The position numbers were made by a program, and so were the translations under genes. A stretch of 64,000 nucleotides of DNA, taken from the NCBI GenBank assembly GCA_040954595.2, contig JBECUI020000032.1, positions 62,001-126,000 on the forward strand. The letters run 5' to 3'. Below, in pieces: positions 30,440-39,764 of this stretch (position 1 is its first letter; every line of letters starts with the position of its first letter). The stretch is from Balanoglossus misakiensis. Taxonomy: Eukaryota; Animalia; Hemichordata. The notes beneath the pieces are model-generated. The model did not search any database. It saw only the letters and a list, made by a program, of their open reading frames with translations, and was not told the DNA's origin.

Positions 30440-32400
30440 ATGGACGACCTCGGATTCCTGAAAGTTGCTGCCGTAGTACCTGAAGTTCATCCCGGTGCTG
30501 TAAAAGTCAACGCCGATATTCTTATCCAAACTTTCCTAAGCCGCCTGTGATGCCGGAGCTGAACTGGTCGTCTTCCCTGAAATGTCTCTTACCGCCTACA
30601 CCTGTGCTGATCTTTTCTTTCAGTCTCAACTTCTCCAGACAGCTGAGGAAGAAGCTTGCAGGGTTATCGAGGAGACCAGTGCCCGAAGTGCCATACTGGT
30701 TTTTGGTATGCCGCTAGCACTAGGGGGAAGACTTTTCAATGTAGCGGTGCTTGTTCGGGGGGGGCAGGAAATCTTGGGGATAGTTCCCAAAACCTGCATT
30801 CCCAACTACCGAGAGTATTACGAGAACAGGTGGTTTGCCTCTGCTGATGAGGCTACATTTTCAGAAGCCACTTTAGCAGGTCAGAAGGTCCCTTTCGGAA
30901 CGGATTTAATCTTTCAGCATACCTTAATCCCTCTTTCACTTTTGCCGTGGAAATCTGTGAGGACCTCTGGTCCCCCATTCCTCCCAGTTCCCGGACGGCT
31001 CTGGCAGGAGCAGGACTTCTGATTAACCTTTCTGCGAGCAACGAATTGGTCGGCAAGGCCGAATATCGAGAAAATCTGGTGCTTCAGCAGTCCGCCCGCT
31101 GTCTGCAGGCTATGTTTATGTCTCGGCAGGCCCAGGAGAATCCACCTACAGACACGGTTTTTGGAGGCCATGCCCTGGTAGCGGAGAACGGAAGACTACT
31201 AGCTTCGTCAAAACTCTTCCCCAAAAAAAGCGAGATAACCTTGGCCGAGATCGATATGGAACTGATCCAGCATGAACGCAGAATCTCGCGCATTTTTGGG
31301 ACAACGGCCGGAGAGAATTAGCCGGAAAAAGCTTTAGAACTGTAGGCTTCAGTGGTAAATTTCCACCCCGCCGCCAGGTGGTTTACCGTTACCAGAACCC
31401 CCATCCCTTTGTTCCTCCAACAAAAGAAGAAAAGGCGCTGCGCTGCCAAAAAATCCTCTCCATACAATCCACAGCCTTGGCCACCAGATTAGAGCGGGCA
31501 AAATACCACAAGGTGGTCCTGGGCCTTTCAGGAGGACTGGACTCTAGCCTGGCCTTAATGGTGGCCATAAAAGCCTTTGAACGGCTGGAGCTCCCCCGAC
31601 AGGGAATAGAGGCCCTGACCATGCCAGGCTTCGGTACTACTTCTCGCACCTTAGAGAATGTCAAGAAGCTCTGTGCCGCCTTGGAAATACCCCTAAAGAT
31701 CATAGATATCCGGGAAGGCTGCAAAGTCCAGCTACAAGATTTGGATCACTCCGGTAAATCAAAAGATACAGCGTATGAGAATATCCAAGCCCGGTATCGA
31801 ACCTCCTTGCTGATGAACAGGGCTAACATGATTGGAGGTCTTGTGGTAGGCACCGGAGACCTTTCGGAACTGGCCCTGGGATGGTGCACCTACAACGGAG
31901 ATCACATGTCCATGTACAACGTGAATTCCGGAGTCCCAAAAACCTTAGTCCGCTACTTGCTTGCCCACGCCGCAGAAACGCTGGAGCCTGAAACTATCCG
32001 GACTACTCTCATCGACATTCTCGACACCCCAATCTCTCCAGAACTCCTTCCTCCCGAAGAGGGGGGGGGCATCCAGCAAAAAACCGAAAACATTATTGGG
32101 CCCTATGAACTTCATGATTTTTTTCTTTACCATGCCATCCGCCACGGTTCCCGCCCCAAAAAGGTCCTGGCCCTGGCCGTCAGAGCCTTCCCAAAGGAAT
32201 ACAAACCTCAGGATATCAAAAAATGGCTCCGTCTTTTCTACCAGAGATTTTTCTCTCAGCAGTTTAAACGTTCCTGCCTCCCTGACGGCCCCAAAATAGG
32301 AACCCTAGCTCTTTCTCCCCGAGCCGATTGGCGCATGCCAAGTGACGCTTCAGTCCAGGAATGGCTAAGAGATTTGAAAGAAGACCAATCGTTCCAGTAG
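30440..32400 (+). CDS. nadE: Glutamine-dependent NAD+ synthetase, split by several frameshifts
   Basis: MDDLGFLKVAAVVP, FPEMSLTAYTC, PKTCIPNYREYYE, EICEDLW (nitrilase triad); LGLSGGLDS, ENIQARYR, GTGDLSELALGW, QQFKRSCLPDGP. Confidence 0.93.
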
Positions 32401-32450
32401 TATACCTGGAAGCCAGTCCCCAAAATTTTTTTACCCCTTTAAGGAGTGAT

Positions 32451-33080
32451 ATGATTGAATACATTATTCGGGACAACATAGACGACAGAGTTCTCACTCG
32501 GGCTTCCCGGCTCCTAGAAAAGGGGGGACTTGTGGCCCATCCCACTGACACCAGTTGGCATATAAGCACAGCAGTTCACTCTAAAAAAGGAATCGAAAGA
32601 CTTAAAAAACTTAAACAGGGAATGCGAAACTATACCCTTACCCTCTTCCTCCGAAGCATCAACCAAATTAACATGGTAGCCCATCTTTCTACTCCCCAGT
32701 TCAAGCTGATCAACCGTCTGATACCTGGATCCTACGTATTTATTTTAGAGGCCAACCATAAAGTAGAAAAGATTGTAGGAATGAAGCGAAAAGAAGTGGG
32801 AGTTCGAATTCCAAACCACCCTGTGCCTCTGGCCCTCATAGAAACTCTGGGAACACCTCTGTGGTCCATCACCGCCAGCCGCCGCATGGAGGACCAGAAC
32901 TGGTGGGATGTCGATTTTGCCGAACAGAACCTTTTTGAAGGGGGTTGGGAACTGGAAGCTATTGAAGGAATCGATATGATCCTGGACACAGGAGAAAATC
33001 TTCCCAAGGTTCTGACCACGGTCTTAAGCGTAAAAAATGGAGAAACAGAAGTTGTTCGTCACGGTATTGGACCCTGGTAA
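32451..33080 (+). CDS. Sua5/YciO/YrdC family protein
   Basis: GGLVAHPTDT, PGSYVFIL, VGVRIPNHP, VRHGIG; AGGAG RBS before ATG 32451. Confidence 0.88.
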   Translation: MIEYIIRDNIDDRVLTRASRLLEKGGLVAHPTDTSWHISTAVHSKKGIERLKKLKQGMRNYTLTLFLRSINQINMVAHLSTPQFKLINRLIPGSYVFILEANHKVEKIVGMKRKEVGVRIPNHPVPLALIETLGTPLWSITASRRMEDQNWWDVDFAEQNLFEGGWELEAIEGIDMILDTGENLPKVLTTVLSVKNGETEVVRHGIGPW

Positions 33081-33185
33081 TGTGCAGCTCCGTGCAGAAA
33101 ATACAGAAAAAACCAGACTGTTGAAAATTTAACCCTCCTTGATTAGAATCTAAGGCATTATTTTTGTTTCTACATAAGGGATTTT

Positions 33186-34682
33186 ATGTCACGATTTGAA
33201 CGGGGAAGCGGAATACTTCTTCATCCCACAGCACTCCCGGGGCCCTATGGAATAGGAACCCTGGGAGCCCCGGCCTGTCAATTTTTGGATTTTCTTCACA
33301 AGGCCAAGCAGAAATACTGGCAAATCTGCCCCTTGGGACCTACAGGCTACGGTGATTCTCCTTACCAAGGTTTCAGTGCCTTTGCAGGAAATCCCAACCT
33401 TATAGACCTGAAAAATCTTCAGGAAGAAGGACTTCTGGAACCTGAAAATCTCTCCCCTCTTCAAGAACTGCCTACTCATCGTGTGGATTTTGCATTACTC
33501 ATCCCTAGAAAAGAAAACATACTCCGGCAGGCTTGGAAGCGCTTCCAATCTCCTGGAGAATTTTCCGATCTTCACCGGGACCTGGACAACTTCCGCCAAG
33601 AATCTTCCCATTGGCTGGAAGATTACACTTTGTTTCGGGCCTTGAAAGACCACCATGGAGGCAGTTCCTGGGAAAATTGGACCCCAGAACTTCGATTCCG
33701 GGATCCCAATACGCTAAAGTCCCTACGGCAAGAAAAAACCAACGAAATAGGCTTTCATGAGTTCGTCCAGTTTCTCTTTGCCCGCCAATGGAAGGCTCTC
33801 CGTAAAATTGCCAAAGAAAAGAACATAAAGGTTATTGGAGATTTGCCCATCTTTGTTTCCTACGATTCGGCCGATTGCTGGTCCAAACCAGAGCTTTTTC
33901 TTTTGGACGAAAAGCGGCACCCCACCCAGATAGCTGGGGTCCCTCCAGACTATTTTAGCAGCACAGGCCAGCTTTGGGGAAATCCCCTCTACAACTGGAA
34001 ACGCATGGAAGAGGATCAGTTCTCCTGGTGGATAGAGGCCCTCAGAATTCAACTTAAACGCCATGACATTCTTAGGATTGACCATTTCCGGGGTTTCACT
34101 GCCACCTGGGCCGTCCCAGCCGGAGAGACAACAGCCATCAATGGCCTGTGGCTCCCTTCTCATGGGAACACTCTTTTTAGAACTGTCAGAGAAGTTCTAG
34201 GAGAAGTTCCTATCATTGCCGAAGATCTAGGTTATATCACCGATGATGTCCGCAATCTTATGGCTGAATGCGGCTTCCCAGGGATGAAGATACTGCAGTT
34301 TGCCTTTGACAGCACCGAAGAAAATAACTACCTTCCCCACACCTACAAACCCAATACCGTGGTGTATACTGGCACCCACGACAACGACACAAGCATCGGC
34401 TGGTTTGCCTCGGCCTCGGAAAGGGACAAAAAATTTTGTAGGGAATACTTAAACTACTACGGAAATGACATTTCCTGGGCTCTCATCCGTGCAGCCATGT
34501 CTTCGGTGGCAGATTTAGCCATCTTTCCCCTACAGGATCTCCTGCGCCTAGGCTCCGCAGCCCGGTTCAATACCCCCGGAACACAAGGAGGCAATTGGAC
34601 CTGGCGGGCAGACGGAAAGTTTTTGGATTCAGACGTAGCAGAAAATTTGGCATCACTGGTAGGAAAATATGGGCGAACCTAA
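33186..34682 (+). CDS. malQ: 4-alpha-glucanotransferase (GH77)
   Basis: GILLHPTALP, WQICPLGP, GVPPDYFS..GQLWGNP, RIDHFRG, IIAEDLG, YTGTHDNDT. Confidence 0.97.
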   Translation: MSRFERGSGILLHPTALPGPYGIGTLGAPACQFLDFLHKAKQKYWQICPLGPTGYGDSPYQGFSAFAGNPNLIDLKNLQEEGLLEPENLSPLQELPTHRVDFALLIPRKENILRQAWKRFQSPGEFSDLHRDLDNFRQESSHWLEDYTLFRALKDHHGGSSWENWTPELRFRDPNTLKSLRQEKTNEIGFHEFVQFLFARQWKALRKIAKEKNIKVIGDLPIFVSYDSADCWSKPELFLLDEKRHPTQIAGVPPDYFSSTGQLWGNPLYNWKRMEEDQFSWWIEALRIQLKRHDILRIDHFRGFTATWAVPAGETTAINGLWLPSHGNTLFRTVREVLGEVPIIAEDLGYITDDVRNLMAECGFPGMKILQFAFDSTEENNYLPHTYKPNTVVYTGTHDNDTSIGWFASASERDKKFCREYLNYYGNDISWALIRAAMSSVADLAIFPLQDLLRLGSAARFNTPGTQGGNWTWRADGKFLDSDVAENLASLVGKYGRT

Positions 34683-34748
34683 TAAAAACCAGGTTCCTGC
34701 CCTTCCTTGGAAAAGACAAGCAAAAAAGAGCTCCCCCTCCCCGAAGAA

Positions 34749-35885
34749 TTAAGAGAGCCTGCCCACCTCATAGAGTTCTTTGGGGCTGAGAACCACAGGA
34801 TTGGTTTTCAACTTTTCCGGATTGATACCCTGGAAAAGCCAGTCCCAATCCCTTCTACTAGAAAGGTATTTTCTGCGATACTCCACCAGCTCAGGTACCG
34901 CCTCATCGTAGGCGGTGAGAACTTCAGCAAGCTCCTCCGGTGTTGTGTAGCCGAAAATCCTGGCCAGATCCACCATCCTCTGCCGAAACCATTTGGCCCC
35001 CAAAGGATGGCAGCAGCGGCTATCGGTAAACCGGATATGAATTTTTAAAATGGTCGGTAATGTCAAAAAAACGGCAAAACCATGGGGAACACCGTAACAA
35101 GAGGTTAGAGAATAAGAAAAGGCATGAGCAGCGGTGGTTCTGCTAATGTTGATGGCTCGACCGGCATAATAAGCTCCCTTCTGCAAGGCTTCCAATGCCC
35201 CAGGCTCCCCCCTCATCCCGGGAAAAAGATTTTGATGAATTAAAGGAATGGCCTTTTTAACCCATTCCTCTGACTCCCTGTCAGCATTGACCGACCACCA
35301 GGATTCCACCGCCTGAGAAAGAGCATCCAGTCCAGAGCCAGCGGTCAGAGTTGGGGATAAGGAATACAGCAGACTGGGTTCAAGAAACACATAATCCGGC
35401 ATAAGGGAATCATCGACAAGGGTGTACTTTTTCTCCTCCCAATAAAAAACAGAAAAACGCGTTGCCTCGCTTCCAGAGCCAGGGGTAGTAGGAACAGCAA
35501 TGAAAGTCTCCCTTCGGGGTTTCGCCTTTTCTCCACCATCCAGTACCCTTTTGATGCTATCAGGAGAGAGGTCACGGCAAAGAGTAATGAGTTTGGCCAT
35601 ATCCATAACACTTCCCCCACCAAGGGCCAAAATCAAGTCACAGTGCTGCTTTTTAAAAAGTTCCATCCCCTTAAAGGCATCTTCCATTCTGGGATTAGGA
35701 GTAAAGTCAAAGAAACGAACATAGGAATGGGACCCGAGAGACTTTTGAATAAGGGCAAAGTGAGCGTTAAAAGAAGCTTTTCCAGTCACCAAAAATATAG
35801 AGGCGGGCGATAGCCTACGCAACAGTGCCGATAAATGATCCAGGGAACAAAGACCTGAATAAAGTTTAGACTCACCACCCATCAA
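34749..35885 (-). CDS. Iron-containing alcohol dehydrogenase, phosphonoacetaldehyde-reductase-like
   Basis: GGGSVMDMAK, PTTPGSGSEAT, DALSQAVES, AINISRTTAAHAFSY, VPHGFAV; own TTGACC-N17-TACACT promoter upstream. Confidence 0.85.
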   Translation of the reverse strand: MMGGESKLYSGLCSLDHLSALLRRLSPASIFLVTGKASFNAHFALIQKSLGSHSYVRFFDFTPNPRMEDAFKGMELFKKQHCDLILALGGGSVMDMAKLITLCRDLSPDSIKRVLDGGEKAKPRRETFIAVPTTPGSGSEATRFSVFYWEEKKYTLVDDSLMPDYVFLEPSLLYSLSPTLTAGSGLDALSQAVESWWSVNADRESEEWVKKAIPLIHQNLFPGMRGEPGALEALQKGAYYAGRAINISRTTAAHAFSYSLTSCYGVPHGFAVFLTLPTILKIHIRFTDSRCCHPLGAKWFRQRMVDLARIFGYTTPEELAEVLTAYDEAVPELVEYRRKYLSSRRDWDWLFQGINPEKLKTNPVVLSPKELYEVGRLS

Positions 35886-36218
35886 TGCTCACCGAGATGT
35901 TATGGAGAATAAAGTTTATCGCTGTTTTCAAGAAGGTTTCCACTTCGGTAAGTGTAGGGGTAAGGATTATTCTGGTCAAGAAAGCAGCATCTTGGAGCCT
36001 TCACAGCGTATCGGGGTATTTTGTTGGGAAGCAGGGCAGGTTTACCAGGCCCAAGCCAATTTTTGAAGAAAATCCACCAAATATTGGGAGGGTCTTTAGT
36101 ACGGCATTGATCTGTGCCGCTATTACACTTCAGAAAAGAAGAATCTCATGACTCTCAAGCCCACACACAGCCAGAATCCCCCCTATACAAAACATTCTAG
36201 AATCGCCAATAATCTCCC

Positions 36219-37475
36219 ATGCAAGCAACAACCATCTTAACCCTCTACATAGCCCTCTTCACCCTAAGCTATCTTACCCTATGGATCTTAGACACCCTCA
36301 ACCTCAACGCCTCTCTAAAAGGCAGGACAAGCTTCCCCGCCTTTTTTACCGAACTCATCGACAAGGCGGCCTACCAACGCAGCATCGACTACAGCCTTCG
36401 GAAAGGACAATTTGCCATAAAAGTCTCTTTCTACAACCATCTAATTCTTCTCCTTGTCATTCTAAGTGGCATCTTAGGCATAGCAGACAACGCCCTATCC
36501 ACTCTGAAACTCTCCCCCCTACTCCACAGCTACCTTTTCCTCCTCGGCAGCTCTGGAATCCTTCTGCTCTTGAACCTACCCATCGCCTTTTACTCCTCCT
36601 TTGTCATCGAAGAAGAATTTGGCTTCAACACCATCACCCCCCCACTCTACTTTCTAGACCTCGTCAAAAAAATTCTTTTAGGAGGAATCCTCCTACTAAT
36701 CTTTCTGACTGGACTCCATGGCTTATCAACCTGGACCGGCCCCCAGTGGTGGCTGGCAGGCTGGGCCTTCTTCATATTCTTTCAGGTGCTCCTTTTCCTC
36801 CTCTATCCCCTACTCATCGCCCCTCTATTCAACAAATTCACTCCTCTCCCCGAAGGCCCCCTTAAGGAACGCCTAACAGCGCTGGCCATCAGAACCAAAT
36901 TTGGGAATCGCGGCATTTACTCCATGAACGGAAGCCTAAGGAGCCGCCACGCCAACGCCTACTTCACCGGTCTGGGACGTGCTCGCCGAATAGTGCTCTT
37001 TGACACCCTATTAGAATCCATGAACCACACCGAAATAGAAGCTGTTTTAGCCCACGAAATCGGCCACGCCAAAAAAAAGCACATAGTAAAAAGACTCCTG
37101 GTAAGTTCCCTCCTCTCCCTAGCCGCCTTTGCCTTAATGGGCTGGGCCCTACAACAAGAAGAATTTTTTAAAGCTCTTGGCTTCTCCCGCCCATCCCTTC
37201 ACGGACTACTCTTCTTCATAACCCACCTCTCAGGTCCCCTCACCTTCCTGTCAGAACCCCTAAGCAACCTCTGGTCCCGCAGACACGAATACCAAGCCGA
37301 CCAGTACGCAGTCGACAACACAGGAGGTCCCCAAGCCCTTTCCAGTGCACTCTTAAAACTGTGCAAAGACAACCTAAGCAACCTCAATCCCCATCCTGCC
37401 TACAGCTTCTGGCACTACTCCCATCCCGCCCCACAGGAACGCATAAAAGCCCTGGAAACCCAAGAAAATCCATAA
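36219..37475 (+). CDS. M48 family metalloprotease (Ste24-like)
   Basis: EEEFGFN, PLFNKFTPL, NAYFTG, AHEIGH, SRRHEYQADQYA, YSHPAPQERI. Confidence 0.95.
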   Translation: MQATTILTLYIALFTLSYLTLWILDTLNLNASLKGRTSFPAFFTELIDKAAYQRSIDYSLRKGQFAIKVSFYNHLILLLVILSGILGIADNALSTLKLSPLLHSYLFLLGSSGILLLLNLPIAFYSSFVIEEEFGFNTITPPLYFLDLVKKILLGGILLLIFLTGLHGLSTWTGPQWWLAGWAFFIFFQVLLFLLYPLLIAPLFNKFTPLPEGPLKERLTALAIRTKFGNRGIYSMNGSLRSRHANAYFTGLGRARRIVLFDTLLESMNHTEIEAVLAHEIGHAKKKHIVKRLLVSSLLSLAAFALMGWALQQEEFFKALGFSRPSLHGLLFFITHLSGPLTFLSEPLSNLWSRRHEYQADQYAVDNTGGPQALSSALLKLCKDNLSNLNPHPAYSFWHYSHPAPQERIKALETQENP

Positions 37476-37545
37476 AAACCACAGCTCTCAGAACCCCAAA
37501 CACAGCCCATTCCCTCAAACCGGCTGCCATCCATCTTTACCCATC

Positions 37546-37620
37546 TTTGGGCGTCCGGGCGGGCCTTTCGGGGCTTTGGTCCTACGGACCGCCTTCGGCG
37601 CCCCTCCAGTCCCTGACGCA
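37546..37620 (+). ncRNA. Flavo-1-like structured repeat element, copy 1
   Basis: GGGCGTCCGGGCGGGCCTTTC...CAGTCCCTGACGCA; outer stem GCGTC.GGG/CCC.GACGC, inner GGGGC/GCCCC enclosing two hairpins; family assignment from recalled consensus. Confidence 0.55.
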
Positions 37621-37751
37621 AGAAACATCTCTGAAAGCCCATACCCTCCCCAAAAAAGAAGAAACTACCGATTCAACTCATAACCTAAGCAAAAAAGACA
37701 AGTCCAAACCTAAGCAGTCAGGCCATACCGAAGAGCAAAGCAAAATGGAAA

Positions 37752-38337
37752 TACATTTGCCCGGATAATCCTGACTCGAACATCCAGAGAGCCCCTTAGC
37801 ACCCATTTCCCTAGAATGAAGAATTAAGTCTGTATCAAAAAGGCCGCATTACGGCACATAATTCAAGGGAAATACGGTTTTCCTTAGCTATAACCAGGCA
37901 GGAAATCCATAACAGTGAGCAGACATTCAGGAATGACCAACGAAATTATCAAATAATGGCGGCCTCAGATTCCCAAGGATGCCTCAGGGCATCTCCCGGG
38001 CAAGGCGTAGAAGAAGTCCTGATCAGAAGAAGGTTCTGAAAGCTGGAGAAGAAGCTCAGAAATGCCAAAATGGATTGGGAAATATTCAAAAAACAAGGAA
38101 ACTACTGGAACAAGGTCCTAGCTGAATCGTTTTCCAAACCTTGGAAACACAAGGGCTCTAACATTGGAAAAACTCAAAAAATGAAGAGGGATCTGTCCTG
38201 ATACATTGAGACCTACAACAATCCAATCAGGAAGACAGATGGCAAGGAACACTTTACATCCTGATGAGAGAGAAAGACTGGATTACAAACAGAAATATAC
38301 GGCTCAGCCAGTTGTCCGATTTTTCAAGGCAGGGCCA
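37752..38337 (+). mobile_element. Decayed, internally deleted IS3-family element
   Basis: Broken OrfA-like text (LPGQG...LEKKLRNAKMDWEIFKK), integrase-like WNKVLAESF (cf. WDNAVAESFF), right end TGTCCGATTTTTCAAGGCAGGGCCA with a weak left-end match. Confidence 0.55.
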
Positions 38338-38522
38338 GGCAGAGCAGCAGGCGTAAGAGACAGCTTACCCCGGTCACCCACCAATTCCCCCGACCCTCCA
38401 AAACTGCAAACCTAAGAAGCACCTTCGTTCAAACAAAACGGCCAAGAAAAACACATAACTCCCCACCCTGCAGACTTGTTTTGTCAGGAGAATCACAGTA
38501 CGCCCCCTGTTACTGAAGAAAA

Positions 38523-39455
38523 CTACCTCACAGGAATCCTTAGAATAGTAACAATATCCAGAGGATTTTTTGCATCTCTGGGATCCGTAGGATACTCCTC
38601 AAGAAAATGCGCACTTTTGTTTAGTCGATAGCCCTTCCCCCGGAAAACCCTATAAGCCACTTCCCAAGCACCACTAAGTTTATGATAATTCCCTTTAAGC
38701 GTAGTGGTAAAAGCCTTTCCAGAAGGCAAAGTCCCAGAAACAATATCCTTTTTGTGGACAGCTGTCTTTACAGGAACAGCAAAGACACATTCAACATAGT
38801 CCCTCTTCATGTCGAACTTCTTGTAAAGCCCAAAAGGAAAACCAACAATTTCAAGACCTTCAGACCGAACAAAGTCCATCAGTCTAAGGAAATCACGCGG
38901 CATAGCAGCACTCATACCACTGAGATCCCCTTGGTATGGAATTCCCACATAGTCCCTGGCAGGAAGAGTCTCCACATCCCCCAGTTCTATGTCAAACTTC
39001 TCCTCTTTTTCATCCAGCAAGATAGCTAGCCTGTCCAAACCCAAGTCATAATCATTGTTCAGGCTCCTCTCCATCATATCCTTCATGAAACCAAAAATCA
39101 GAGGAAGCTTGCCCCTCATACCCCAGTAAACTTTAGTCTTCTCCCCAGCCCTTTCCACCCGGAAATAAACATCAGACTTAGTTTTAAAAGGTTTAAGGAA
39201 TTCAAGCTTGTGGGTAATTTCTTCATTTTCCTTAATAGCGGTAATGGTAAGACAGCCTTTACCAATAATCTTCCCATCCCACTCTGACTGGGAACCGACC
39301 TGATTGGTAGAAGGTGAAAAATTAAACTCAGCTTGAGAATCCGTAAATCTCCAAGGATCCCAGTCTCCCCAAGTTTTCAGGTCAACCAGAGTCTGAAAAA
39401 CCTTTTCAAGAGGAGCATCAATCTCCCGGGATCGCTCTATCTGGTAGTGTGGCAT
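38523..39455 (-). CDS. SRPBCC domain fused to GyrI-like small-molecule-binding domain
   Basis: ERSREIDAP..VF...WDPW, LEFLKPF, DYDLGLDRL; C-terminal GNYHKLSGAW...LEEYPTDP. Confidence 0.88.
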   Translation of the reverse strand: MPHYQIERSREIDAPLEKVFQTLVDLKTWGDWDPWRFTDSQAEFNFSPSTNQVGSQSEWDGKIIGKGCLTITAIKENEEITHKLEFLKPFKTKSDVYFRVERAGEKTKVYWGMRGKLPLIFGFMKDMMERSLNNDYDLGLDRLAILLDEKEEKFDIELGDVETLPARDYVGIPYQGDLSGMSAAMPRDFLRLMDFVRSEGLEIVGFPFGLYKKFDMKRDYVECVFAVPVKTAVHKKDIVSGTLPSGKAFTTTLKGNYHKLSGAWEVAYRVFRGKGYRLNKSAHFLEEYPTDPRDAKNPLDIVTILRIPVR

Positions 39456-39581
39456 AACTCCCTCCTATATTACCGATTTTGGATAGAGATATCTTAACAT
39501 TGCTCAATCGTGATCGTCAAGATTCTAAACTTTCCACAAGAGTATCAGGTAAACAAAAAAATTCCACATCGCCCCCCATCC

Positions 39582-39699
39582 TTGACAATAGGCTAGACCT
39601 ATCTCTATGATAACTCCTAAAATAGAGTAGGGTTTCCTACCTAATAGAATTACAAAAAAACACAAGAGATTGCCATTTTTTTCCAGAATGGCTTATAAT
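39582..39699 (+). promoter_or_regulatory. Two candidate sigma70 promoters for lipoprotein 1
   Basis: TTGACA-N18-TATGAT (39582-39611) and TTGCCA-N18-TATAAT (39670-39699, T7 run in spacer). Confidence 0.5.
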
Positions 39700-39764
39700 A
39701 TAGAGTTTATAGATGATGAAGTGTAAGAGATGGGGGTAACGACTCAATTAGAGTTTCTATAGAA

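Larger units (their letters stand above)
28321..30540. repeat. Diverged tandem duplication of about 1.1 kb (about 28321-29390 and 29421-30540)
   Basis: Shared 3' hairpin offset by exactly 1100 nt, shared 3' UTR, paralogous CDSs and promoters; the first unit ends in a decayed copy of the nadE 5' end. Confidence 0.9.

Noticed and set aside
37546-37620. tRNA gene suggested by the cloverleaf-like fold
   Set aside because: No TTC-containing T-loop consensus, D-loop or 7-nt anticodon loop
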